From: Candidatus Nomurabacteria bacterium GW2011_GWD2_36_14
GTDB lineage: Bacteria; Patescibacteriota; Minisyncoccia; Phycocordibacterales; UBA9973
Assembly: GCA_000991405.1 (NCBI GenBank)
Contig: LBRL01000001.1
Coordinates: forward strand, 222,172-286,171
Direction of reading: 5' to 3'
DNA length: 64,000 nucleotides
A program made the translations under genes and the position numbers. A model generated the notes under the pieces. The model made no database searches, had not been told where the DNA came from, and saw nothing but the letters and a program-made list of their open reading frames with translations. Below, piece by piece: positions 38,184-48,094 of this stretch. Positions within the stretch are counted from its first letter, which is position 1; each line of letters opens with the position of its first letter.

Positions 38184-39737
38184 GACAGGACAAAGGGACT
38201 CAAAAGAGTCCTTTTGTCGTTTATTAGTAACTGTTTTATTTAGTTCGAAAATCTTTTGAGCATCTATTTTTTCTTGAACTCTCTTAGATAGGACCTCAAC
38301 AGGTTTCTTTAGTAACGGTATGACTTTTTCGTCTTTTAACATCAAGTTCGAAAAAATATGAGATAAAAGTAATCTTCGTTCTTCAGGACTTCTTTTTTCA
38401 TATATTTCTCTTGCTCTAAAAGCAAGATCTAATATATTTAACCAAATTTCAAAATATTTTGTTTCTACATTTTTTATTCTTGATATTTGTTCTTGTATCT
38501 CTGATTGTTCTTGATTTATTTCTTTTTGTTTTTTCTCCCAACCTTCAGTACTAATTTTTTGATCAAGTCTATCATTGTAGAGTATATCTAGTCGACTCTG
38601 TAGTTGAATATAACGAGCATTAAGAGTGTTTAGAGTGTTCTCTTTGTATTCTATCTCTTGAGCATGATTTGTTTTAATTTTGGCTTTTATAGCCTCAGCT
38701 TCTTTTTCTGTAATATTCTCAAAAAACTTGAAAACTCCGAAAAGCTGTTCCTCAATTTTCTTCTCTGGAGTATATGGTTTTTGAGTGCAGTCTTTATAAT
38801 GGTTACAATGATAATACACAATTCCTTTCTTTATCTCCGCTGTAATAGTACAGTTACATTCTCCACATTTCATCATCTTTCTAAATTGGAAACTATGTTT
38901 GCTGTAGGTAGGAGCTAGATGACCCCTTCTCACACTCTGGGCTTTATCAAATAGTTCTTTTGTGATTATAGGCTCATGCTTTCCTCCTGAGTGAAGTATA
39001 CTATTCCATCTCATAGCTCCGTAATAGAATGGTTCATTTAGAAGGTCTTCTATTCTATTTTTGGCTGGTTTATTACCTGCACGAGTTCTAAATCCTTCAG
39101 TATAAAGTTTTTGCCTCAATGCTTCCATCGAATAGTTACCACTGGCATACATTTCGAAAGCCTTTTTAATAAATGGAGCTACTTCTTCATCAATTACATG
39201 AATTTTGTGCCCTTTATCTCCAATTGTTTTGTACCCAATAGGAGGCTTAGTTGGAAGCCACCCCTGAGCTAATTTTTCCACTTGACCTTTCTTAACTTCC
39301 TCAGAAAGATTAGATATAAACTTTTTAGCTAACACAATTTCAATATCCCAACGAAACTTTTCATCAGATTTGGCATTCTTATGAAGAATAAGATTTTGTT
39401 TTACGAAGTGTATCTTTCTTTCTAAATCTTCATCTATCCAGTCATTAGCAAATACAGCTTCTTTTAAGTTACGAGTTAAACGATCCACCTTTTCAACTAT
39501 TAGATTCTTAATGTCATTTTTCTCTATAAATGACATCATTTCTGCGAATACTTTTCTCTGTTTTGCTCCACTAGCACTCTCGGCCACAGCAAATACTTTT
39601 ACATTTGTAATTCCTTTTCTATTGGCATATTCAGAGAGTAATTTCTCCTGTGAAGGAAGAGAATAACCTGTTTCTTCTTGTTCTTTTGAAGAAACTCGGC
39701 AATATAGCACAGAATTATTTATATTAGAGGTTTTCAT
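38169..39737 (-). CDS. Large serine recombinase (integrase); the last 5 codons overlap the tRNA-Asn 3' end
   Basis: N-terminal catalytic YCRVSSKEQ; C-terminal Cys-rich zinc-ribbon and coiled-coil typical of large serine recombinases. Confidence 0.8.
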   Translation of the reverse strand: MKTSNINNSVLYCRVSSKEQEETGYSLPSQEKLLSEYANRKGITNVKVFAVAESASGAKQRKVFAEMMSFIEKNDIKNLIVEKVDRLTRNLKEAVFANDWIDEDLERKIHFVKQNLILHKNAKSDEKFRWDIEIVLAKKFISNLSEEVKKGQVEKLAQGWLPTKPPIGYKTIGDKGHKIHVIDEEVAPFIKKAFEMYASGNYSMEALRQKLYTEGFRTRAGNKPAKNRIEDLLNEPFYYGAMRWNSILHSGGKHEPIITKELFDKAQSVRRGHLAPTYSKHSFQFRKMMKCGECNCTITAEIKKGIVYYHCNHYKDCTQKPYTPEKKIEEQLFGVFKFFENITEKEAEAIKAKIKTNHAQEIEYKENTLNTLNARYIQLQSRLDILYNDRLDQKISTEGWEKKQKEINQEQSEIQEQISRIKNVETKYFEIWLNILDLAFRAREIYEKRSPEERRLLLSHIFSNLMLKDEKVIPLLKKPVEVLSKRVQEKIDAQKIFELNKTVTNKRQKDSFESLCPVWLRG

Positions 39738-39825
39738 AATTGTATTTTAACTTATTTTTATAATTTATTATAATCTTTTTATTTAGTCTTATTAGTATGA
39801 CCTTAAGTCATGTATAAATTTACTG

Positions 39826-40188
39826 TTAGTCATATGGACCCTGTGACTTTAAGTCACTTGGTTTAGTAGCCCAATCCTTTGAATGCGTAAGATAGTACTG
39901 ATTACTGACCCATTGTCCTCTACTTTTTGTTTTGGTTATTTTTATAAATCCATATTTTTCTAAGATAGGGAGATGTCTAATAACTGTTCTTGGGTTTATG
40001 TGCAATTCTTCTGATATTAGTACCTCTGATGGGAATGCAATTCTAGTCTTGCTGTTTGAGTGTCTTTTTAGGCAAAGATAGATAGAAGTCCCTATGGGTC
40101 CTATAAGTTTTGCATATTGGTCTATAAATACATTACCCATCTTAAACCAACCTCCATTTTTTGTTTTTATATATTTCAGCTCATTCAT
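39826..40188 (-). CDS. Winged-HTH protein resembling the RepA_N / replisome-organizer N-terminal domain
   Basis: FIDQYAKLIGPIGTSIYLCLKRHSN...ISEELHINPRTVIRHLPILEKYGFIKI. Confidence 0.5.
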   Translation of the reverse strand: MNELKYIKTKNGGWFKMGNVFIDQYAKLIGPIGTSIYLCLKRHSNSKTRIAFPSEVLISEELHINPRTVIRHLPILEKYGFIKITKTKSRGQWVSNQYYLTHSKDWATKPSDLKSQGPYD

Positions 40189-40195
40189 AAATTTA

Positions 40196-40468
40196 TTAAA
40201 TATTAGAATCTAGAGTTGATTCCCTAGGAGCTGACACTAGGGAATCAACTTTAAGTTCCAATTTTTCTTTTTGTTTATCTTCATAATCAAACTTTGCAAG
40301 CAAGTCAAAAAAAGATGAAAGTTCATTCAACTCTTGAATATTTAATTCTTCTTCTGTTGAGCTATCTAATCTCATTGTTAAAATACTGACGACATATTTT
40401 TTCAATCGTCTTAGATAAGGTAAAATTCTTTTTCTGAGATAACTCAGAAAGTTTCTCGTGTAGATCAA
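40196..40468 (-). CDS. Hypothetical protein (90 aa)
   Basis: ORF only. Confidence 0.35.
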   Translation of the reverse strand: MIYTRNFLSYLRKRILPYLRRLKKYVVSILTMRLDSSTEEELNIQELNELSSFFDLLAKFDYEDKQKEKLELKVDSLVSAPRESTLDSNI

Positions 40469-40647
40469 CCACTATACGAATTTGCTTCGTAATTCTTCTT
40501 CTTTTTGCGTGACAAATTATCTTTACCATTTAATAATTATCTCATCACTTATTACTGGTGGTAACTTTCTTTTACCTTCACTCTATATTCACGCAATGTA
40601 AAAAAATAACCCTATTTAATAAGGTTATTTTTACTTGTGGATAAGTA

Positions 40648-41313
40648 CTACTTAATAATTGAGATGGAAAAAATGTATTTATTAAAACAATAGCCAGAAC
40701 CAGCAGGAATAATTAAATTATTTTCTTGCTCAAATTTATCTTCAAAAGATTTGTTTATATTTTTAATAGCAGTAGAAACACTTCGTTCTTCTGAATATCC
40801 AGCTTCTTCTGTTAGTTTAGACATCGTTTTTGGTGATCCTTTTGACAACAATTTTAATATTTCTAGTTTTTTATCACTAACTTTTATTGAATTTTTTGAG
40901 TCTTCCTTAAGAAAAATCAGACCTCGTAAGTCTATACAAACTTTTTGTTTATTATCTTTTTTTGTATACTTTTGTAAAGTAATTGGATTATCTTCTATTT
41001 GATTTTTAAGTAATTCAATTTTTTCTTTTGCTATGCTGGGGGCAATTCTTCTAATTAGTAAATCATCACCTATATTCTCTTCAGAAAAATATTGCTGTTT
41101 ATCTATTAGGATCAGTTTTTCAAGTACTTTCGATAAATTATTTAAGTCTTGCATAGTAACACCATAAGCATTCAATGAATAAAGGGGTATTCTAGTATTA
41201 GAAGAAAAACCAGGAAAACCTTTTTGGTAATTTTCAATAAGGTTTACAACTTGTAACATTTTATCACAGTCTTCTTTTGTTAGTTTAGGTGTATTGATAA
41301 TATATTCTTCCAT
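40648..41313 (-). CDS. DNA-binding protein with C-terminal OmpR/PhoB-type winged helix, no receiver domain
   Basis: VSDKKLEILKLLSKGSPKTMSKLTEEAGYSEERSVSTAIKNINKSF. Confidence 0.45.
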   Translation of the reverse strand: MEEYIINTPKLTKEDCDKMLQVVNLIENYQKGFPGFSSNTRIPLYSLNAYGVTMQDLNNLSKVLEKLILIDKQQYFSEENIGDDLLIRRIAPSIAKEKIELLKNQIEDNPITLQKYTKKDNKQKVCIDLRGLIFLKEDSKNSIKVSDKKLEILKLLSKGSPKTMSKLTEEAGYSEERSVSTAIKNINKSFEDKFEQENNLIIPAGSGYCFNKYIFSISIIK

Positions 41314-41861
41314 ATTAAAGATAATCTCATTTTTTTAGGTTTTTGTCGACAATTTTTTATTTAATTGAGTCAAAGAAATGCGACCTTTTGCGACCCATTA
41401 TATTTATCGATATTTTATAAGACTCTTTAATCTAATAATTTCTTATTGGAATTAAATATACTTCCACAAAATATCTTGTAAATAAATGACATTCTGATCA
41501 TACCCATACTAAAATACCGAGTTTTGCCTAGTCCTAAAATGCCACCTTTTGCCACCCACTCTTCCCGCCTTTTCCCACCCCTTTTCACCTCTAATACATC
41601 AGACTTTTTCAGACTTTTTATAAAAGAATCTATTTATTGTATTTGTCGACAAAAAGAGCTATTATAAAAATACAACGCCTAAACCAGAAATGGCATGGCT
41701 ACATAGGAAACCCACGCAAATAGTAATGGCCTCACAGTCATCACCATTTGCGTGGGTCCATATTCGAAAGAGTATGGGGTGTTCTCGAAAGAGGATATCA
41801 GATGGTCTGTGGGGCCTTTACTGTCTTCATAACCATATTATAAATTAAAAACCCACGCAAA
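41314..41861. promoter_or_regulatory. AT-rich noncoding region with palindromes and direct repeats (candidate operator/iteron-origin region of the element)
   Basis: TTGTCGACAA palindrome twice (about 41341 and 41643). AAACCCACGCAAA twice, forming a 12-bp inverted repeat at 41710-41762. A CCACC(T)TTT pyrimidine-repeat tract. Confidence 0.5.
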
Positions 41862-42848
41862 ATGAAAAAAATACAAATAATTTGTTTAATTGTTTTTTGT
41901 TTTCTTTCTTTTAGTATCGCCCGTGCAGAAACTTTGATTATAAAATCAGTGGATAAAAGAATAGAAGATATTGAAAAATCTCGAGAGAAACTTCAAAAAG
42001 ATATTGAAAATAATTATAAACAAGTTCAAGCTGAATTAAAAAGTTTAAGTGCAAGAATAGACACTAATATAAAAAGTGAATTTTATTGTGTATTACCAAC
42101 TCAAACTTGCACGGAATCTATCTATCAAGGTATTAGAGGAACTGCCATATCGAGTGGTCTTATTCCAGATGCTGGTCAACTTGCTCAATGCAGAGCTAAG
42201 ATTGATGAATATAATACAAAATTACAGGAATATAATAAATGTTTTCAAGATTGGCAAAATAAAAAGATTGGAGATTCGGCTCAAAAAGAATACGATTATC
42301 AATTGCAAGTATATGAATTAAAATCACAATTAGCCTGTATGGATAAAGAAGGACACTATTCGTCTTTCAATAAAATAACTAAACAATGTGAGTGTGTAGA
42401 AGGTTCAACATTCGTCAACGGAAAATGCATAAATCGTATAGATAATCTACTTATGTGCGTAAAAACTTTTGGTCCATTATCTCATTATGATTACGACAAA
42501 GCTGGTTGTGTATGTGATGAGGGTAGTAAATTAGATCTCGAAAAAGATCTATGTGTTGCTGAAACAGAAAAAGTAGTACCTCCCCCAGTAAAAGAAAAAT
42601 CTCCCTATAAGAATAAATTTCAGGAAATTTTACAACAAAAGGAAACTGAACAACCCTTAAAACCCTCTCAAGGGCTTAAAGAAAGTCCCAAGAGCATAAT
42701 TACTGTTGTAGAGGAGAAAGTACCTTCACAGGCTGAAATTACCCCAAATACTTCGCATGATATACAACCTCCAGCTATTACAGGTCCATCAAATGTAACA
42801 TTCTGGCAAAAAATTAAAAAAAACTTCTTGAAAATTAAGTTTTGGTAA
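41862..42848 (+). CDS. Secreted Cys-rich protein with N-terminal coiled-coil (signal peptide)
   Basis: Signal peptide MKKIQIICLIVFCFLSFSIARA and multiple C..C pairs. Confidence 0.5.
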   Translation: MKKIQIICLIVFCFLSFSIARAETLIIKSVDKRIEDIEKSREKLQKDIENNYKQVQAELKSLSARIDTNIKSEFYCVLPTQTCTESIYQGIRGTAISSGLIPDAGQLAQCRAKIDEYNTKLQEYNKCFQDWQNKKIGDSAQKEYDYQLQVYELKSQLACMDKEGHYSSFNKITKQCECVEGSTFVNGKCINRIDNLLMCVKTFGPLSHYDYDKAGCVCDEGSKLDLEKDLCVAETEKVVPPPVKEKSPYKNKFQEILQQKETEQPLKPSQGLKESPKSIITVVEEKVPSQAEITPNTSHDIQPPAITGPSNVTFWQKIKKNFLKIKFW

Positions 42849-42858
42849 AAATACTTTT

Positions 42859-43122
42859 ATGAAAATTAACCTATTATTTTGGATATTTATACTAATAGCT
42901 TTCATTGGAACATTTTTATATTATCTAGGAGAAACAAGGAAGAATAATATCGGTGAGGTCATTAAGTTTTCTGGAGGAATTATTACATTTGGTATTCTAA
43001 TATCCTCATTCTTTTTATTAGAATGGAAGGCGTCATTCTTGCTTATTATTGGCGAATTCACAATAATCAGTTTTTTATCAACTTTACTTGTTGAATCTAT
43101 GACAAAGAGACGTATAAATTAA
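42859..43122 (+). CDS. Small membrane protein (3 TM)
   Basis: ORF with hydrophobic helices. Confidence 0.4.
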   Translation: MKINLLFWIFILIAFIGTFLYYLGETRKNNIGEVIKFSGGIITFGILISSFFLLEWKASFLLIIGEFTIISFLSTLLVESMTKRRIN

Positions 43123-43127
43123 ATATT

Positions 43128-43541
43128 ATGGAAAAATTAAAGGGGCTGATAATTAGTGTATTACAAGAAGAACAAACTAATCATATGAATAAACAAAAAA
43201 GAATCAAGGAGTTGGTATTGGCTATCGTTTTAACAATTTTACCAATTTTTATATTTATAATAATGCCTGCATTAGAAGATAAATACTTTGACTTGTTTTC
43301 TGGGCGTTTGATGTACCTAAGTCAAGATTATTATTTTTCTTTTTCCCCACTTTTTATCTTTGATTTGCCTTACTTTTTTACCCCAATAATATCAGCTTTG
43401 GCAGTATGGTTTTGTCTTAAAATTAGAAAAAGTATAGAAAATAGAAGTTCATTTTTTAACTACCTTAATCTCGTCTTAATTGTTTTGAATAGTGTTTTTT
43501 CCTTATATTCCTTATGGTTTTTATTGTTATTTTATAAATAA
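43128..43541 (+). CDS. Membrane protein (4 TM)
   Basis: ORF with hydrophobic helices. Confidence 0.4.
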   Translation: MEKLKGLIISVLQEEQTNHMNKQKRIKELVLAIVLTILPIFIFIIMPALEDKYFDLFSGRLMYLSQDYYFSFSPLFIFDLPYFFTPIISALAVWFCLKIRKSIENRSSFFNYLNLVLIVLNSVFSLYSLWFLLLFYK

Positions 43542-43597
43542 AAATCTAAAATCGTAGTATTATTTGATAATTTATTATTTTCGTATACAATATACAT

Positions 43598-44572
43598 ATG
43601 GCAAAAGAAGAAAAGCAGATTATCGAGAATAATTCAAAAAATGGTGTAAATGAAAAGATACCAAATAATGAAGATTCTGCTCAAAATAAGAAAGTCGAAG
43701 AAGAAATATCTCCTCTTAAAAAATTATTAAAGAAGAGTGATGTTTTGCTTATGTTATACCCAAAAGACATAAATGGAAATTTTTCAGCCAGCATTGATCC
43801 TGAAGATGAAATTTCTATTTATAAACTTTTGAAGGAAAAGAAGGAGAAGAAAAAAGAACTTTTAATTTTATTAGATACAAGTGGTGGTAATGTATATTCG
43901 GCGGTTAAAATAATGGATACATTAAGAACCCAATATAATCAAATAAATATTGCAATACCGCAGGAAGCTAAAAGTTCTGGAACTATGATGTGTTGTGGTG
44001 CTAATAATTTAATAATGAGTTCTATCTCTGAACTTGGACCATTAGATAAGCCAATGATTCATCCTAATGATGAGACAGCAAGAATCTCTGCTTTAGATAT
44101 TATTAAATCTATCGATGGCATGTTGGATACTGCACAACAAAGAGAAAAAGATTTTGCCAAAGAGGTAAATAATGATTTTGGAATACCTATTAAACAAAGT
44201 TTGCAATTAGCAAGTGAATCAATCTCTAAACTAATATCACCTATGTTGTGTAGAGAAGATGTAAAAATCTATAATCAAGCCCAAAGATTACTTGTTATAG
44301 CCCAGAAATACGCCACTGAACTATTAGACGCACATATGTTAAAATATATTGATCGTAAAAAACTTAAAGAGAGAATTATTGATATGACTACTAGGCAGTT
44401 GATATGGGCATATCCTGACCATAGTTTTGCTATTAGACGAGATGAATTGAGAGAATGGTTTTTTATTGTAAAAAATTCTGAAGATGTTGATTATTGGGAC
44501 GAACTTTGGGATAAATTTTATCAAAATATAGGTTATAAAAATAGTAAATTGATTAAATTTTTAGATAATTAA
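43598..44572 (+). CDS. ClpP/crotonase-fold serine peptidase, SDH (serine dehydrogenase proteinase)/S49-like
   Basis: ILLDTSGGNVYSAVKIMDTLR...IPQEAKSSGTMMCCGANNLIMSSISELGPLDKP matches the lhTpGG...A.SaGT.ia.aAdei.M....lGpiDP pattern. Confidence 0.55.
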   Translation: MAKEEKQIIENNSKNGVNEKIPNNEDSAQNKKVEEEISPLKKLLKKSDVLLMLYPKDINGNFSASIDPEDEISIYKLLKEKKEKKKELLILLDTSGGNVYSAVKIMDTLRTQYNQINIAIPQEAKSSGTMMCCGANNLIMSSISELGPLDKPMIHPNDETARISALDIIKSIDGMLDTAQQREKDFAKEVNNDFGIPIKQSLQLASESISKLISPMLCREDVKIYNQAQRLLVIAQKYATELLDAHMLKYIDRKKLKERIIDMTTRQLIWAYPDHSFAIRRDELREWFFIVKNSEDVDYWDELWDKFYQNIGYKNSKLIKFLDN

Positions 44573-44583
44573 GATATAATTTT

Positions 44584-44790
44584 ATGAACATTGCAATATT
44601 AACAAAATTTAATATGGATGAAAAAGATACACTACCCTTAGATAGCGGTAATAACGATGAATTTCCTATGAGTGTTAGCGAAAAATTAGTAAGAAATGAA
44701 GTGAGAAAATTGACTGAAAATTCTAAAGAAATAAAAAAACTAAAGGAACAAATTGAGAAAAAGAATAACAAAAATAAGAGTGATTTATAA
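44584..44790 (+). CDS. Small hypothetical protein
   Basis: ORF only. Confidence 0.3.
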   Translation: MNIAILTKFNMDEKDTLPLDSGNNDEFPMSVSEKLVRNEVRKLTENSKEIKKLKEQIEKKNNKNKSDL

Positions 44791-44847
44791 TATTCTAATT
44801 TAATAGGTCGATAAGTTTAATATATTTAAGTAATTTTAATAAAAAAT

Positions 44848-45045
44848 ATGTCAGGTAAAAATAGGATAATTATAAAAAAATCAACAAATAAACAAAAATA
44901 TGTTGTATTAAAATCAGCTAATAATAAGACTATAGCAAATACGGAAACATATAAAAGTAATCAGAGTGTAGATAAAGCAGTTAAAGCTCTAAAAAAGATT
45001 GTTAAAAATGCTATCATTGTAGATCAGACTAAAAAAGAGAAGTAG
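44848..45045 (+). CDS. YegP/DUF1508-family protein
   Basis: IIIKKSTNKQKYVVLKSANNKTIANTETYKSNQSVDKAVKALKK. Confidence 0.6.
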   Translation: MSGKNRIIIKKSTNKQKYVVLKSANNKTIANTETYKSNQSVDKAVKALKKIVKNAIIVDQTKKEK

Positions 45046-45149
45046 AATTATTAAACTAATAGTGATCTTATTTCAGCTAATGCGATATTTGGGAAAGGAT
45101 ATTCTTTGGCCCAATCAATAGTTATAAAATCGTCCGTTAGGGCGAGCCA

Positions 45150-45554
45150 ATGAAAGAGGCAGTTATAAGTTTGATAAGTGTCATAGTGGGAGCCATTATA
45201 GGTCTAATGGGTACTTTTTTATCTTCATACTTTCAGAATAAGATTTGGAAGAAAGAAAAACAGATTGAACATTTAAAAGCTAAAAAAGAAAATCTAGAAA
45301 ATAAATACGAGAAATATATCAAAGAGTTATATCTTTCTATGGAAAAGAATGGCAATTTTGATGCTGAACTGTTTCTAGAGGGTCTATACTCTTTCCCGAA
45401 AAATGTCAAAGACTCAATTTATAAACTAACTAAATTAAAAACAGGTAAAGAAAATCTGGAGGAACTTAAGCAAGCTAATTGGTGTATAATCGAAGAAATG
45501 AAAAAATCATTAGTTGAAATTGATATCGAAATAAAAAAGAAAATTGATGATTAA
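45150..45554 (+). CDS. Membrane-anchored coiled-coil protein
   Basis: N-terminal TM helix followed by a coiled-coil. Confidence 0.4.
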   Translation: MKEAVISLISVIVGAIIGLMGTFLSSYFQNKIWKKEKQIEHLKAKKENLENKYEKYIKELYLSMEKNGNFDAELFLEGLYSFPKNVKDSIYKLTKLKTGKENLEELKQANWCIIEEMKKSLVEIDIEIKKKIDD

Positions 45555-45677
45555 CTTGTGCAAATCATAATCCGAGAATCTTCGCATGTTAGGAGTAGCA
45601 AGGATGGTCCTTGCTACTCTGTTACTATTCTTCTTTATACCTAAATGATTTTTTATATTATGTTATAATATACTCAT

Positions 45678-45875
45678 ATGAAATATTTTAAAAAAGCACT
45701 GTTTATTTGTTTTATAGTCTCACTTATTTTCTCTTTGTTTTGGACAATCGGAAAGTTTTTTAATTCTGATATGCCTATGCTTGATAGACAAACTTATTCT
45801 ATAATGTCTGGATTAAAATACCTTACAGCCATTGCTTTATATATAGCTTGGAGAGTTACACCAGACCATAAGTAA
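45678..45875 (+). CDS. Small 2-TM membrane protein
   Basis: ORF with hydrophobic helices. Confidence 0.35.
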   Translation: MKYFKKALFICFIVSLIFSLFWTIGKFFNSDMPMLDRQTYSIMSGLKYLTAIALYIAWRVTPDHK

Positions 45876-45980
45876 GTATTAGTTAGTTGTTGTGAATTAT
45901 CAAGGATGGTCTTTGATAGTTTCAGCAAGCAAATGAATTTTAAAAAATAAAACTCGACAAAGTCTGAAACAATGCCGAGT

Positions 45981-46367
45981 TTATTTTGCAAAAATTTTTT
46001 TTGTAATTAGATAACTCACGATCGACAATATGACAGTGATAAATATTTGTGCAATTAAATATTTTAAGTTTATATATTCAACTAGTAAATATAAAAATAT
46101 ACTATTTGCACAAAGCAGTACTCCTGACATAATAAAATACCGGAGAATCTGTTTGGGAATTTCTTTTTTGTCTTTATTATCAAAAGTCCAATACTTCTGA
46201 AACAAAAAACTGGATGTATAAGATAAGATAGAACCAATTGCCGCAGATATCGGATACCAAATTTCAACGAACTCAGTTAAACAATAAAGCGTTAGATAAT
46301 ATAATCCTACACATATAATTCCACTTATACCAAATTTTGCAATCTTTGGGATTTTTTTAGTTTTCAA
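45981..46367 (-). CDS. GtrA-family membrane protein
   Basis: 4 TM helices. FQKYWTF resembles the GtrA FxxNRxWTF motif. Confidence 0.55.
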   Translation of the reverse strand: MKTKKIPKIAKFGISGIICVGLYYLTLYCLTEFVEIWYPISAAIGSILSYTSSFLFQKYWTFDNKDKKEIPKQILRYFIMSGVLLCANSIFLYLLVEYINLKYLIAQIFITVILSIVSYLITKKIFAK

Positions 46368-46525
46368 TATAGCCTCCTTTTTTCTTCATACTAATTGATA
46401 ATTCCCCAAAAAGCAATTTTTAATCGCGTTTCTCTTTTAAAAAGTTCCAACTTCATTCTAAATTTGAAACCTCAATTTTAACCCTATAATTCAAAACCCC
46501 TACCCTTTTATCAAATTCTAACCTA

Positions 46526-46936
46526 TTGACTTTACAAGTTGAAAAATGTAATGTGAAAGAAAAATTGTCTAACTCTAAAATAAAATATGTTATGAAAAGT
46601 ATTCTTGTAATTACCATTCTAGACAGAAATGAAGATCTAATTGAGCAATTCATGGCCGTAGGCATAGAAACACACATCTCAGTATTTTTCTATAGACCGG
46701 AGAATGAAAGAAATCTATTAGATCGTATTAAAAAAAGTCGTCCAGCTATGATAATAATGGACGGCAGGATACATCCATTAACACTGGAAAATATCTACGA
46801 CAGTATTTTCAATACTCTTGGTGTATATGACATGGATTCTAATATCTATGCCATTAAAAAAGAAGTTCATCTACCAGGAGTAATTAATACAAAAATAGAA
46901 AATTTTGTAAAAATATGGGAAGAGTCGCGAAAGTGA
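46526..46936 (+). CDS. Hypothetical protein
   Basis: ORF, followed by a hairpin that shares GAGTAGCAAGGA with the hairpin at 45590. Confidence 0.35.
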   Translation: MTLQVEKCNVKEKLSNSKIKYVMKSILVITILDRNEDLIEQFMAVGIETHISVFFYRPENERNLLDRIKKSRPAMIIMDGRIHPLTLENIYDSIFNTLGVYDMDSNIYAIKKEVHLPGVINTKIENFVKIWEESRK

Positions 46937-47087
46937 CTCTTTTTGTTTTTATCTTACCTAAAGAGTAGCAAGGACGATTCTCGTTACTCTTTCTTTCCAC
47001 CCTAGTATCTATATTTTTCAAAAGGTATACACTTAAGACAAATCTACACAAATTCTAAATTTAATTTAACCTACTAAATTTATTATT

Positions 47088-47321
47088 ATGAAAAATGTAA
47101 CAATTTGTCTCTCTTGTGCAGATGTGTGCAAGAATGGAGTTTTTGTTAAAAGCGAAAAAGAAATAGCTAAATTATGGTTGCTGACATTTCGTAAACCTAA
47201 AGCAGATATAGATATAGTTATCTATGTTTGCCCAGAATGTTACAGATCCTTTCCAAGGGAATATTTGGAAGCGATAAAAATGAAATATTATGAGAAACAG
47301 CTAGAACAAACTTCAGGATGA
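47088..47321 (+). CDS. Small zinc-ribbon protein
   Basis: CLSC...CPEC Cys pairs. Confidence 0.4.
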   Translation: MKNVTICLSCADVCKNGVFVKSEKEIAKLWLLTFRKPKADIDIVIYVCPECYRSFPREYLEAIKMKYYEKQLEQTSG

Positions 47322-47801
47322 AGTTTGTTCTTTCATTTAATTTAACCAATTTACTTGGGTAAATTTAAAGGGCAACTTTTGTTGCCCTAGGGGTTTATAC
47401 TTTTTTTAATAATTTTAATGAAATTTTTTCAATTAATTCAATTCTTGGACTAGGATCAAGTTGTGAGACATTAAAGCCTTCGGGTAAATCACCAGAATAA
47501 ATTTCCTGATAAAATTTAAGAATTTTTTGAGAAACAATAGGATACATTCTAATAATTTCATCGGAGAATTTTTCAATTCCTAAATTGGTGACAATAGGTT
47601 TTCTGTCATTTTCTGTATAAGCAAAATATGTCTTTTCCCCATTTAAACCCTTACTAAAAATAATGATTCCTTCACTAGTTTCAGTTGTTCCTATAAATTT
47701 AGTTTTTTAAAAAGTGAATATTTGGTTTAATTATAATCTTTTATTTTATAACTAGCAATACAAGAGTTTACGACTCCTCTTTTGATTGCTATACTAATAC
47801 T

Positions 47802-48011
47802 ATGCAAAAAACAGCTACAAAAATCTTCATTTATTCATCAATCGTTTTCGGAATTATCGGAATACTGGTTGTTGTGACTGGTTCTGGACCAGATGCTCCA
47901 GATTCAAATATTAGTAAAATATTGATTAGACTTCTATTTGCAACGGTATTTGTCATCTTGCCTTCATTCGCATTAAGTATTGCTAGCAAATACTTGAACG
48001 ATAAATCTTAA
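47802..48011 (+). CDS. Small 2-TM membrane protein
   Basis: ORF only. Confidence 0.35.
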   Translation: MQKTATKIFIYSSIVFGIIGILVVVTGSGPDAPDSNISKILIRLLFATVFVILPSFALSIASKYLNDKS

Positions 48012-48094
48012 GCTTCGTGTTTGTTTCCAAAAAGGTTTCTACTTAATCCAAAATCGGAATAAGTGAATTCTACTTTTTTTGCTATAATACAATA

